Source of the DNA: Bugula neritina
Taxonomy: Eukaryota; Animalia; Bryozoa
Direction of reading: 5' to 3'
Assembly (NCBI GenBank): GCA_964035545.1
Contig: OZ037768.1
Location: forward strand, 3,132,741-3,196,740
Length of the DNA stretch: 64,000 nt
Part shown: positions 48,601-62,799 of the stretch, one piece after another
Numbering within the stretch: position 1 is the stretch's first letter
How the letters are laid out: the number at the start of each line of letters is the position of its first letter
Position numbers and translations under genes: made by a program
The notes under the pieces: generated by a model
Database searches by the model: none
What the model saw: only the letters and a program-made list of their open reading frames with translations
Told to the model about the DNA's origin: nothing

Positions 48601-51600
48601 CTTCATAGATTTTATATGCTCTTTTAACTCATCAATTTCTTGCCTTGCCTTCTTTTCTGCAGTCATCAGCTGGAAAAATATCCCTCACTAAATTATTTGC
48701 AGAACAAAATGATTTTAATGCCAATTTTAAGATGAAATCAATTACACAACTGTCCTTTGTTGGAATTTCAAGGCATTTCACAATCTTCCAATTAACACGA
48801 CTAGCTCAGTACACAGTAGTTACTATAGGAGTTTAGGGAGAGAAATACAAGATTCGCAGATCTACATTTTTGATAGTAAGAATTGTGTACTTAGAATTGA
48901 TGATTAAATTACAAATATATTTGCTACAACAGAACATCTTTATTAAGAAACAAATTTCAGTTTTAGTTAAAAGCTAATGAAAGTTGTCTTCCGCTGTAAG
49001 GGTATCGGGCTGCACCAAAAATAATAAAGATGGCTCTTGTTGGTGCCTGGAATTATGCAATAGAAAGCTCAACAGTTGCATGAATTTGTTAAACTGTTTA
49101 AAAAAAAGATTTTTGCATATTCAAAGAAATTTTCACTCATTTAAAGAAACTATCTCTGAATTTGTAAAAAGTTATCCCCATTTTTCTAGCAACAAACAAA
49201 TCAAAGTTTTACTAGACCACTAAGCTTTGGAACATTTTAACTGCATTTAACTAAATCATATGTCACATTTGTAGAAGGATTGCCAGAAACACCACTTGTT
49301 GTCAGTTAAGAGTATCAACTTATGTAACACAAACACCTATTACAGCAGTGAATTGAGACTGGAATGTGATTAATTTGAATCCTAAAACTGGCAAGTTATT
49401 AACTTATTTTAAAAGCAGCGAAACACATTTATAGTGAAAGTGATTATTCATATAAAAGTTATGCAACGCCTAATCTTCACAAGCTTTATATAAAAATAAA
49501 AATTAATTACTGTTATATATAGCAGTTAGATTCCATTGATCCAACTCACGTAGATACTTTTCCTGCAATAAATTATTTTTCTTGTTATTTGAACTTTGAC
49601 AAAACATAGCAGGGTTGACCAAATTTGGCAGCTACACAGGAAATGCAGATTGGTCTATAAACTTTCTATTTTGTCAATTTTGAGACTTTATGACCTAAAT
49701 TAATATGTTGTTATTACATCAAGTGGTTTGCTAGATGCAATATGCATCAAATATGCCCTTTGATTTCCACATTCTTACAATTGGTGTAAGCGTGAACAAA
49801 TCTTAGATTCCATATCAGTTGCAGAGCGTTGAAGTACATCTTTTAAAAATAAATAGAAAAACTGCCGAGTGTAAAAAAAGGGTTTGAATTGTGAATGAGT
49901 CACTGCCGTGAAAGGATGGACACTTGTTGGCAGAACCACTGGTGCATATTTCTGCAAATCCTTCAATAACCAAGGATGATGAGATGGTGAACAAGAGATG
50001 CCAAACTATCTGCTTTTAAAGCTGCTACCAATTTCCCTAGCCTTGGTTTCCTGAAACTTAGAGAAAACCTTATTTTAATAGAAAAAAAGTGTGAAAGAAC
50101 TGTAACCAGCGGCTAAATGTTTACCTCACTTGTCTCATTCAGAAATTGCCTTGAGAAATATTTTATAAACAAGTCTAACAAACCGCTTAATTCAGTGACT
50201 TCCCGATGGCGAGCCGCTATGCATTATTTTAACAGAAATTCAAATGATTAACATAATTCCAGACAACCTGGTGTCATGCAAATTATTTTTTCTAAATTTT
50301 TACCGAAATTAATAGGTGAGTTTTTTGTGGAATATATATTTCTTTTTAATTAACACTTGCTTCCACTCTAATTTCTCACTTGCAAACAAATTATTCAAAT
50401 GCTGGGTTAGGAAATTATTCAATTTATCTAGCGTTAGGCAACAACACCTCAAGTATAGAAAACATTCTAGTAATATATACACTCATGACATACAACCAAG
50501 GTCTGTTTATTGCTAACATTCAAACTCCAAAAGCCAGTCTAACATAACACGATTGAGCAGACAGTGTTTGTGCCCCCTGCCTAGAAAGGTTGATTTAATT
50601 ACATAATAAGGTGGTGAGATACTGACAGGTAAGAATGACATTCTGACAAAGAGTAGACGAAACTGGAGCCTGCGTTTAGAGCCTGCAGCGCAAATTACCA
50701 GATGAAAACCTATCAGCAAATGATTTCATGTGAAGATACACAAGATTGATGGGTATATAATAAAGGCATTAATCAAATAGCATGTTGTCAACAAGTTGGC
50801 AGATTACAGAGAGAAATTAATCAACATCTCTCAACGTTGTAGATCAGACAGAAAAATCATAATGTTTGTTCATATCACACAATTAATAATACCTGCCAAG
50901 TTGTGGAGAGCGGAGGGGCGGACACACCAGAGCACATGGAAAAAAGGAAAGGTTATGAGCGTTGATTTTGACCACAACAAAAGATTTACGTATTACAATC
51001 AGTGTCACTTATACAAAGTTACAACAAAGAAAACCCATGAACTAAAAGATATTTAACTTCAGCAGAAAGTTTTTAAAACCACTATCATAATAACCCCATA
51101 ATTTAAACAAAAACATTTTTTTCACACCCTGACCACATTTTAAATTTTTTAGATTATGCTGAGATCAAAACAATAAACACTGACTTGCACAACTCTACCT
51201 GCGCCAGGAATACCTAAATTAAAGCCAGAATGAAGTCAGTGCCTAACTTCGGCACCTCTTTAACATTAAATGTGTTTATCCACCCAGTCAAAACACATTC
51301 CAATAGGTGCAGTGAAGTAATTAATTATAACTGTGGACTAAAACACTGTTACCAACACTAGGTCTGGTTACATTTGAGTAATAATCCTTATTTTAAGATA
51401 GAAAATAATGATTTAAATGATATAGCTCATGTATTGCAGTGTAGAATCACGAAATATGTTTCCTCAAAAAGTAAAAGCTTATTGTATTTTTCATCATTAT
51501 TCCTAAAACTTTTTGCATTGAGAAACTCTTTCAATCTACATTGACACCACCAAAAAACCAGGTGCAAAATAATGATTTAGTTTATTATGGTATAAGGAAG

Positions 51601-54600
51601 GAAGGGGACACAAAAAGGAGGGTATAGATTATTACAGTAAACCATCATATCTTTCAATCTCATTCATCAAATACTAGTATATCATAATAACTACCCTAAC
51701 ACCTAGTCCTTCTGAGCATCTGATTGTTTCTTAACAACACTGTGAACATGTGAGAAAATTCTTTGAACGGAGGTAGAGATTAGCGTAAGAAGTGAATATT
51801 ATTAAAAAGTACCGGGACCAAATAGCCTATAGTGGCTACAAAAATAAACAGAACTTTTACCATGCCAACGCTATGTATCATGACATATCCTTAACCATAT
51901 CTGATAACTGATTAAGATATCAAGGCAACTTCTTCAGATTTCCGCCAGATTAGATCAAATTTAAAAAGTGATAACAAGTATTAACTGATCAAAACCTTTA
52001 AACCATTGAGAAAGCTAATCAACCACCAAACAAAGCAGGCAAATGCCATTCTAAACAGCACAAGGCATGAGGTAAATGTTGACTTAGGCTGATACACTCT
52101 ACAAATACGTATCCAGGGAAAATACTGACAGAATGCTTCAACTACAAAATTTCTTCACAGCTTTTCTAAATTGCAACCAATTTTGCAAAACTAATCCATA
52201 ACTAATAAGAAATGGTGAAATGATTAATTTATCTATATTTTACAGAAGCAGCTGCAAATAACAGGATAAGAAAAGATGCGTTCCAACAGATCACCAACCT
52301 ACCAAAACATCATTGTGAAAGCGTAAATCCCCAAAGCAAGCCAGCAAAGCTTAGTGCAAAACAATCAAAATATGACACTTTATGAAAATATTGCCAATAA
52401 AAAGCCAGTGTTGTTAATATTTAAACAATTTCTATATAATGACATTTCAACCTTGTGGTCTTCCCATCGGTTTTGTGATAGCAGATGTCGGGTGGTAAGT
52501 ATATTCACAGTTGCAGTAAATATATTTAACAAAATGCTGGCCTGCCAAATTTCAATTTTTAAAATTTTATATCCTAGGTAAGCTAAAATCTCCCAAAAAC
52601 TCACACTATTTGCTCTACAATTTATAAAATGATTCAAAGTTTCAAAGAAAAGTTGGTTTTATTATTCTTGCAATATTCCCATAAATTTAACACACTGCCT
52701 GTGACATGACAGCTGCTTGATATTCATAGTTGTCAGTATTAGTTCCTCTTTCAAAGTATGTTGTCTATGAAGACATCTCGTACAAAGGACAACCACTCCC
52801 AGTTGATTGACAGCTACACCCAATAACGCTCAAGACATTTCAAAAGTTCAACTAATTGAACAGGAAGGCTGGTGCAGACCATCGCAGCTGTCAAGTGATG
52901 GAGATAGCAGGACTGCTGCCAGAGTTCAGCCTTGTTTGCTCGGAAAATTTTATGTGAAACTTGAGAGCTGGCAAATATGAATAGTCTGGCAAATATGAAC
53001 AGTACACGCCCAGTTATTGTTAAATGCGGATAAAAACTGGTGGACATGATTAAAATCATATGACTTAATTCTCAACAAATCAAATACAGCGAATGACAAG
53101 CTTGACATAAGTATTTAAATTATCTATCCTGGATGTGACATCTGTGAACAATTTTAATTTAATAGAAATAAAAAGGAAGATAATGATAGAATGACAGTGA
53201 GGTTTCCTAAAACACAGTCAATAATGAAGCAAGAATATGTCAAGTGCAATGCGCTGCATGTTACCATCCCTTTTCCTCCTGCGTCTGTTAGCACCACAAC
53301 AACTTTTTAAACAATTCATCAACAATAAAATTTAAAATGAGAGTTATTTTAAACAAGTTCTGCCGCCTGTCAAGGCTGATATAAAAGTAAATGAGAAATA
53401 TTATTATCACAGAGTTCCGAAGCTAAATTATGAAAAAAATTAATATCACAGGGTTCCAAGGCTAAATGAGGAGATAGCAGTTCAGGAAAAGGAACATCAA
53501 CGAGCTCTATTTACACAGTTGACTAGAACCTTTAGGGTAGGCAAGAAACATGAAGAAGAACACAGGCAGTGTAACTGTAAAGTGCAAATTGAGCTCATCA
53601 CAACAAAAGGTGATATTTTACCTGCTAAACTAGAGAAATGGGAGCAGCTTTGATCTCTACTTTAGTCGAAGTCAGATATCTTGACAAATGGAGTCAAATA
53701 ATTATTATCTGTTGAAAGGTTATTACCTAGAGATGGCCACTTGAGATGATGAAGTATGTGTTTATATTTTAATGAATACAAATGAGCACTTGAGCTGTAC
53801 AGAGCCTTTTTATAACTGAAGTATATGCTGCTATATCTTACCATTAATTTTAAATGAGAAGATGTCTAGAAATGATGTTTTTTACAGTCAGGTAGTTGTC
53901 AGGTAGTTGGGAGTGACAGCAGCATATTAATTATAGGATTGATTTATGTGTCCAACACTACTGGGTGCCACTCACACTATTAAACTGCGACATTCAATGA
54001 AAAATACTTTAAATAGTCTTTTAGATGTGCTTATGACATAGCTAATCACCTTACCCCTTGTCAACATTATAATATATATACATCTATATTAATATATACA
54101 CGGATTCTACACTGCAGTTGGCTAAATGAATCAGTATGAACAATTAGTGTTGCTAAAAACCAATGAAAATTACCATAAATAATTTTAAGCAAGAATAAAT
54201 TTAAACATAATAGAGGCCAATAGGAGTTACCCTTCCATTTCTCCATAATTGAGGAGTACCATACATTTCATAGTAATATAAATATATTTTACTACAAATT
54301 TTATCTATATGTATGTGTGTCCTTATATAAACTATAAGATACAATATACTTCAAATATATTACAGTGCAAGCTAATCTAGTATGTACATGTCTATTTATA
54401 TTTATTTCAAGATGTACAATTTTCGCTGACTACCTAACTCAACACCTCATGTACTGAAATTCCGGTGAACTGTAAACGGTGAAATAAGAACAAGCCGTAC
54501 AATATATCAAACTATACCTGGACTTTATCTTTCTGTTCTTTAGGCGCTGACTTGTACATATCTAACAGCAGCTTCATTTCTTTCTGGCTGTCTATTGCTT

Positions 54601-57600
54601 TCCTTTAAATATGCCACATAATGAGTGAATCTACCTCCAGAGTTACACCAACTATTTATTATACATATCAAAGTAAATACTCCTTCTAACCCTCCAAAAA
54701 CAACCACTTTCACACAGTAAAAGTATGAAAATAAAGAAAGACAAATCTCAAATACGCTGTGAAAGAACACATTTAGTTGCCCATCATATAGTACTATAAA
54801 ATATTTAAGATTTGTCTCCCCAACAGTGCAATTGTTGCAGAAGCAGATTTATTAATGTTCAATCAATTCATTGCCCATTTGAGATACTATGTCTACGTCA
54901 CAGTAATCAATACAACTAATTAAGTGAAATCAAGGTTACTGGTACATCTACCAATGCTATCCAACATAAACTCCCACAACAATTACCCCATAGATATAAT
55001 CTAGCGAGTCACACGGGATGTTTTACCAACTCTAAACTTACTTCAGTTGCTGCTTCATGTTGGATACGATGTCTTTGTCAGCCTTGCCTTTACCTTTCTC
55101 CTTGTCCACAAACTCGTCTACCTCGTGTTTCTTGCCGGTCAGCTCCTGCGTGGGAATCTCTTTAGCAGGCTTCGACTCTGTACAGCTAGATGGCGTGCTG
55201 CCTTCCCCTTTCTGTAGCAAACAGTGATGCAGCTGGGAGCTACTTGAAACTCGGGTACAAAACTACAGCCAACTACATCGACAAAAGGCATCAGACATGA
55301 AATTAAAATTATTTTTTTATCATTCAATAAACAGCAGAATAATTTCAGAAAACTCAAGCAGCATTTCGTTAGGTTAATAAGTCTTCAGGACTCAAAGTTC
55401 AGTAAACGTTTGAACTTTCTGGCCTACAGTTTTCCTATCGGTTTCTACCAGAAAAATGGTTTATAATTTTGACACATATTATTTACTCTATCCAGGGTTG
55501 TATATGCCTATTATGACAGTCTTCACGTGTTCATAGTAAAGTCTACACATGTGGATAAAAGTGACTACATCTAGAGAGTTGACTAGTTAGTAAAGTGCAT
55601 GTATGATCGACTCTTACCAAATACAAATAAATTTTAGATAAAAACTTCAAAATTTACAAAACTAGGACTTAAAATTCCTTTTATATGTCAACATTTCATT
55701 GAAATATGAAATGAAAACACAAACTTGTCCCACAAATTAGATACTGTTTATTCAACTGTTGTGAATATCATGGAGCAATGAAAAAGGTTTTACTTACCGA
55801 CTCCGGTTTCGGGCTGTCTCTGTCGGTCAGACGTAACTTTGATAGTTCAACCTGCGCGTCCTTGAACTTCCTCTTGTACCTCTGCAACTCTGCCTTCAGC
55901 TGCCTGTTGTGATTCTGCAAACTACTAATCAGGTTTCGCATCTCCCGGTTAATTGGGCCCGTCTGCTCGTTGGCCGCTAGGGTTTGTTCCAACTCAATAC
56001 GAGACATCTCGTACTCTTTCCTCACCTGAGCCAGAGTGTCTTCCAGCTGAATGATCTCAGTTCTCAGTCTTTTCTGACACTGCAACTCATCGCTCTGTCA
56101 AACAGCAGAAGAGATGCAGGCGTTTGCTTCTATTAGAATACAACTGCCGGTTGAATTGGATTCACAGAGAAATCCTGTATGCAGCAGCAGGCATGTTGGA
56201 AAAAACCTTTCAGTTACCTTCATACATGTAATGACAATGAGGTGATGCAATTCTTTGAAAAACAGGCTACAGTTGCTAAGCAACAGAATAACGGCAGTTG
56301 AAGTAATGTTAGACTCAGAGTGTATTTATTTATATACATGCTTACAAGGTCGGGCTCCCCTTTCACATTTTAGCATTTAGCTACCAGATAAAAGAGCAAC
56401 TGTAAAGCACATAATGTTCACATAACACTCCAGTCACACAAGATGTTAGCAAACGAGTATAAGATGTGATACACTGTGCAGGTCACAAAACTCGGCGGGC
56501 AACGCTACTTTTAATGAAGCTGTGGAGATGGGCTTACCCTACCCCCCCCCCATCTGGTCATATTATATGAAGGAGGGTATGGATCTTACCCTTGCCAGTT
56601 CTATATACACAAAGAGGGTACGTACCCTACATTTGATGGTAAAGAGGGTAGGATATATATTACTCACATCTGTTCTATTAGATCTAAATACAAAAAGGGC
56701 ACATTTCACCCTTATTAGTTCTATATATACATAAAGAGGGTATATATCCTGCCCTTGCTTGTTCTATGCACATAAAAAGGGCACAATTTACCTCCATCTG
56801 CTCTATATGCCTGAGATGAACAGTTTTGGTGGTCTGAAGTAACGATCGAGCTTCGTCCAAGTACGCCTTAATCTGCTGAGCTTCATTAAACAGAACCGAG
56901 TACTGAGACTTGAGACACTTGTACTCTGTCGTCTCAAGTATCACAGACTCTGGAAGTGTCTTCAACTGTGAACAGAACAAAGTAACAGAAAGTCAGCATA
57001 CTACAGTCCAAGAGTCATAGCAGCAAATAAATACAAAAATAACCTGAGGAACTTGTTATCCTGTTATAAGAGTGCGAAACGTGTCATATCTGAACTTATT
57101 ATGTAGGATTAAATAATGTTTTTAGAGATCTTTGTTTTACTATAGAATACACAATATGTTTATCTTACTGTTCCATAGAATACACATGTTTAACTCACTG
57201 TTCTATAGAATACACATGTTTATCTTACTGTACTATAGAATACCAATGTTTATCTTACTGTACTATAGAATACCAATGTTTATCTTACTGTACTATAGAA
57301 TACACAATATGTTTATCTTACTGTACTATAGAATACACATGTTTAACTTACTGTTCTATAGAACACACCTTCACAACATAACAGACTAGTTAGAATTAAT
57401 AAGTTTAAGACTTGCAGTGATCTAGATATTTTAGAGACAGACAAAACTTCAACATACTCAAAAAGTTAGAGGAATGCTGATATACAGTGAATTACAAACA
57501 AAGCCCAAGTTCTACTTTGAAACAATCGAGTTAACACAGGGTGTACGTACATCCATGGTGAGTTGCTCACAGGTTCTGAGGCTAGATTGATACTGCGACT

Positions 57601-60600
57601 GTAAAGTTTCCAATTCACTGAGTCTACCTGATGCTAATTCTCTTTGCTCTTCTAATTCTCTGTTGATCTCGTCAAACTGGAGAAGATACAAGTTCAAACA
57701 TGACGCACATCCTTTAGTTTAGTAGAATATATATACATACTATATTTGAACATATGTATGGAGTGAGAATTAGATGGCATGAAATGAAGAACAATCTTGA
57801 ATACCTTAAAAATATCAACTAAAATGAGAGGATGTAGAATTAAAGAAAGTTGGCGGATGTTGAATGTGTTATGACTAAATGTGATAAGGGGAAGTTCCCG
57901 TTTCCACAGAAACACAAGGGATGTCATTTTTTAAACTCGGAACATTCCAGAAGTACTCTGGTACGATTATTACACATAATTATGATATTTTTTTGCATAG
58001 AAATTTCACATTTACCTTTCTTCTGTTGACCCCCTCTCTAGATCCACCACTGCCAGCAGAAGTGTCTCCATCATCTACATCTCCCATCTATCAAACAATA
58101 ACAAATAAAGGACAAAGTGAATAAAAGCACAATGACTTAGCAACAAGCACCATAACCTAGCAACAAGGACAAAGACCTAGCAACGAGGACAATGACCTAG
58201 CAACAAGGACAATGACCTAGCAACAAGCACACTATTACCACCTAAACTGCCCACAAGTACCTGCATTCGCTTCCTGAGCTCTTCCTCAGAGTTTGCTAGC
58301 CTCAGCTCCAGTGTGTGGGTCTTCTGTTTGGCAGTCTCGCTGTCGTATTGTAGATCCTCACACTTGTTGTTCAACTCAGCCACCTCGGTCTCGTACCTAT
58401 CAACCTTCTCCTGGAGCTTGGCAAACTGGAAAACACAACTCACATACATCAAACTATCATTCCATGTTAACATCTGGTGAACTATTGGGTAGACGATATA
58501 ATTATTTGCTACCATTAATGTCTCAATTATTTTGAACCACCAAAATCTCAATTGAAACCATGATTAATAAATATTATATCATTGATAGAATGATTGACTA
58601 AAACACCAAGCACTTTTATAAAATCATAAAATTGAAGCAAACAGTGAAGAAACTCCCAAGAAAGAGGTCTTGCAACATGAGATGTGGACAGACAGACAGA
58701 CACTGACCTTTAGAGTGGTGGCGTGATGCTTTTCATGGAGTTGAGTGGCCTGCTCATGGAGAGATCTGTTTTCTGTTTGCAGAACTGTAAGTTCTTTTGT
58801 TAGTGTAGAGATTTTTGCTAGTAATGCAGTATCATTAGTGCCCCTGAATACAGCGCACATAATTACAACAAACCAATACATTACTCTACACATAGTATAT
58901 ACAGTGGGCACTTCCAGCACACGTAGTGTCAATTTATTACAAAATCTTTAGTCAACAATCTAGGTCAATGCTTCTATGTGCAATATAACTCTTCTAACTA
59001 ACATATCACCTCACTAATATGAATGTGGTAGCAATGCAAGTGTGGGTACAGAAAGTGGTGAGAGTGGTGAGATTGCATACAAAAAGTCAGAGCAGAAAAT
59101 ATTGAATATAAGAATACTAAATATGAGAAGTGACGAAGGACAACTCCAACAGACATCTATATTACACTCGGCACATACTTCTTTTCTGACTCGGTCTCAA
59201 GCGGCTCTGTTTTAATGACATCATCGACTTCCTGTTTAACTTCGCCTTCAGTTGGCTCAGATTTTACTTCTTCATTCTCAGCCTTCACCTCAGCCTCAGG
59301 TTCTGATTTACTGGTGGCAGCTAAAACATAGGGGGGTGAGTTGTACATTCTCTAACAATTTATAGCTCACAACAGCATGCAAAAACAAGGCAACGATTAA
59401 CATCTAAGAAACAAGAATCAGTCATACTCCAAACATCTTCAGTCATAATTATGATGGCTCTATTCATCACAACTGCTTTACCTTTTTAAACAATTAGAAT
59501 GAAGAGTATTTGTAAGTACAGACTTAGTGCAAGAAACAACCCATAATCCACCCGTAATGAGCTGGTGCTTTGTTCATGCATCGTAAATAAAAATCAACAG
59601 AACTGTTTTGCGAATATATAAAACTTAATTATAAACTATCAAAATGTTCACATTTGCATTCTTTTACAATATTTCTGTATCATTGAGTAAGAGACATAAA
59701 CTTAGACCTAAACTATAGTCTATTCTCTAACAGTTTACTACAACAACACAAGATGTACTCACAACCTGCGGAAGCATCTTCCAAATCCTTGCTCGCCTTG
59801 TCACTGAGCAGAGCTGTTAAATTCTCGTATCTCTGCAGGACACCGTCAAAAGCTTGCAGGAGTTTGCCGATGGCCCTCTTAGAGAAACCAACTCTTTGCT
59901 GTAACTTGGCATTCATCTCCTCCTTGTCCCACGTGGCCAGCTGGTTGAGAAACGAGATCGTACTCTCACTCTCCGCTGCATTGTAACACAACATGGTAAT
60001 AAATAGGCAGGAAAACAATATGAAAGTAAAAACAATAAGGCAGGTGTAAAGGGTGTGGCTAGGGCCTCTACCATAGCAACAATTACTCACTAAATGTGAG
60101 TACTAATAAAACATGATGCAATTCACAATACAACTTGTATATGACTTAGACCACTTGAATATTCTACTGCTATATATGAGAGCTTAGAGATTGTATAAAA
60201 CTAGCATAAACTTGAAATAAAGTCAGTTAACTTGCAGCACGGCCATGTAAAAGAGACGACACAACTCCAAATAGATTTACCTTCTCTTGCAATAGCTGTG
60301 TCGGCATCAAACCTCTGCAGCAAAACCCTGACATCTTCATCTAGCTGATTCCAATATCGGTTCACAATCATCAGAACGTCATCGTCTGTAGATTAGAGAT
60401 CATCATTAAACTTAAATGTGAAAAATGTCATTATATCAACCTGGAACTGTGTGATAGGAAACTTGTGTGATAGTTTTAATAGTATCTTTAAAAATGTACA
60501 ATACAAATAAGATGGGAGAACTCATACTGGATACAAAGAATTTTTTTAGTGACTAATGACTGACAGTGATTAGTTTTGGCTCATATGATTGGTTGTTGGC

Positions 60601-61210
60601 TACCAGAACTGACCAGTGGTGAGCCTCGTTTCTAGCTGTTCTATACGAGTCCTCAGCTCTGCTTCTGTCCGTCTTCTAACTTCAATTCTTTCTGCAAGCT
60701 TTCGATTTTGAAATCTTAATAATTTAGTATTCATTTCATCCTGCAAATATAAGTGAATTTTGTTTATGATAAGCTATTGTATCATAACTCATGTAGGTTT
60801 ATAGTTGCCATCCCTATGAGAACTCCTGATGGAAAGGGTTTTTTAAAGAGGGCTAAGGATTTGTTTTCTATTGCAGCAAAGGAGCAATTATGACTAACAT
60901 CACCAATAGCTTTTACTGGGATTTGAACCACTGACCTTGTGTTTACTAAGCCGGTGCTCTAACCATTAGACCACGGCTGCCCCTTTTGTAATAATACTCT
61001 AAATTTGGTTCATTTGCATTCTACTGTTGTATATGGAAGATGTCGAGAACTAAAAACGATACAGCAAACTAAATAGCCTAGTGGCCAGAAGTTTAAAACA
61101 AGGGAATAACTTACACAAGATGAGACAGAGCCCACGGCATCAGAGTAACTGCTATGCTTCTTAGTGGGAGGCCCACTAGATGATTCCGGGTGGGAACGTT
61201 TCCCAGACAT
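36623..61210 (-). CDS. BRE1: E3 ubiquitin-protein ligase BRE1 (RNF20/RNF40 orthologue; histone H2B monoubiquitination)
   Basis: 19 phase-consistent exons (forward coordinates): 61115-61210, 60614-60740, 60281-60385, 59763-59975, 59179-59320, 58708-58843, 58261-58425, 58016-58087, 57551-57676, 56792-56965, 55798-56094, 55042-55211, 54518-54602, 48487-48669, 43429-43557, 43016-43188, 41361-41538, 38260-38361, 36623-36799 = 2850 nt (949 aa). Motifs: [47 protein letters not shown], long coiled coils and C-terminal [45 protein letters not shown]. Confidence 0.96.
56530..56810. repeat. Degenerate ~50-bp repeat overlapping a BRE1 donor
   Basis: Recurrent AAAGAGGGTA...TTAC/CCC...TTCTATA units; the last unit contains the exon end TTAC|CTCCATCTGCTCTATA. 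Confidence 0.6.
57133..57365. repeat. ~30-32-bp minisatellite (TATAGAATACACATGTTTATCTTACTGTAC) x~7
   Basis: Direct reading; BRE1 intron 56966-57550. Confidence 0.9.
58125..58232. repeat. 20-bp minisatellite (CAACAAGGACAATGACCTAG) x~5
   Basis: Direct reading; ~30 nt from the BRE1 donor at 58260. Confidence 0.85.
60797..60983 (-). mobile_element. tRNA-derived SINE copy in BRE1 first coding intron
   Basis: Minus strand reads GGGGCAGCCGTGGTCTAATGGTTAGAGC...GGTTCAAATCCCAG: Pol III A box (TGGTCTAATGG) and B box (GGTTCAAATCC). The anticodon stem does not pair, and the downstream body is shared with 14545-14737. Confidence 0.75.
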
Positions 61211-61639
61211 AATTTAGAGTCGTCTTTTAAACCATTAACTCTGCAACGGTAGACTAGTATTTCAATATTATGCTCAACACAGTTTTGTTAGAGCTTAAAT
61301 ATCTGTTTAATAAGTAACACTACAACATCAATTAACTATTGTAATAGATGTGTTTATATTGCAAATGCAAAACATTGAGTTATTAGCTTGTTATTATAAG
61401 TTGCCTATCATTTGTATTGCTAATAGCTGTTTTCATAATGCTTCTTTGATTTATTCTTGCTGCAACATAATGATTCATAACATTTTTTCTATTGACAAAC
61501 ATATCTTTCAACTGTCACCACACATCATAAATCAAATTGAAACTACTAACTGACATTCTAATAATTTATAAAATTAAAAAGAAAAAAAAATTAAAATTGT
61601 AAAATAATTTTGAGTAATTCAACAGCCTGAATTCAGATT

Positions 61640-62450
61640 TGACTTATAAGTATAACAATAACAGTTATAATAACATTTACTATTAATAATTAATATAATA
61701 ACTATAACATAAATATAAAATTTCATAAACATTAAATTCAATATTAAACATAAAATTGAATTTAAATTTAATAACTTGCAAGTTATACTTATAGTTATAA
61801 TGATACTTGAAGTTAAACTTAATTACTATTACTATTAGTATTAGTTAAAGCTTAGGTTATACTAATACTTATAGATTATACTTATAGTTATAGTAATTAT
61901 ACAGTTATACAGTTATTGTTAATACTAATAGTAAAACTACACCTAAATTACTTAAACTATTACTATAACTATGAGTTATAGTTACAGTTATACTTATACA
62001 GTGTATAACTATAAGTATAACATTAACTATTACTATAAGATTAAGTATAGCATTAACTATTAGTATTACTTATTTAGTAAATTACTATAACTATAAGTAT
62101 TACTATTACTATTAGTATAGCTATACGCCAATTACTTGAAGTTGTACTTGTTAGACTAAGAGTTAGAGTAACTGCAAGACTAAGACTAAGAGTGAGTAAG
62201 AGTTAGAGTAAGAGTAACACTAACACTAACAGTAACACTAACAGTAACACTTACTAACACTAACAGTAACAGTAAGTGTAACTGTAAGAGTAAGAGCAAG
62301 TGCTCACAGTCACCAAGCTGTATTTGTTAACCAAGTTAAATTTGATGTTTATGTTATCAATAATTTAAATTATAACTTACAGTTGTAACATTAACTTATA
62401 AGTTAAAACTTATAGCTATAGGCTTACGTTATAACTTAACTATAGGTCTA
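61640..62450. repeat. Degenerate hexamer-periodic low-complexity tract (TAACAC/TAACAG/TAAGAG/TTATAG)
   Basis: For example 62175-62295, a run of TAAsAs units. Confidence 0.75.
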
Positions 62451-62760
62451 ACTTTGAAAAATAGAAAAAAAATTCAGTTCTGCCTGGACTAGTCTCGTAA
62501 GACTGAAAAGGGCTCGAGACGCTGCTAATAATAACCCTCTAAATAAAATATAGCCCTAAACTTACCCCACCACACAGTTTTATCCTTGACATTTAAAAAA
62601 GGTACCATGTTTTTTCCTTTCTTGTACAAGAACGCCACGCAACCATAATATACAAGTACGACGAAATACAATTCACATTCGGTTGACTTTTGCCTGGTTC
62701 TAACTGTTTTATTGTATCATTGCATATCATAATGATACTGAAATTTAACTCTCAATTTAA
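62450..62760 (-). promoter_or_regulatory. Probable BRE1 promoter / non-coding first exon
   Basis: CpG-retaining complex island between low-complexity tracts. Minus-strand donor GGG|GTAAGT at 62566/62565 and acceptor CAG at 61241-61243, 30 nt upstream of the ATG. Confidence 0.5.
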
Positions 62761-62799
62761 TTATAAATGTAATGCTTTGATTTATATTTTATTTCAAGT

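Noticed and set aside
60912-60983. Functional tRNA-Thr(AGT) gene
   Set aside because: The anticodon and acceptor stems do not pair, and the sequence continues into a body shared with another locus, so a SINE head is the better call.
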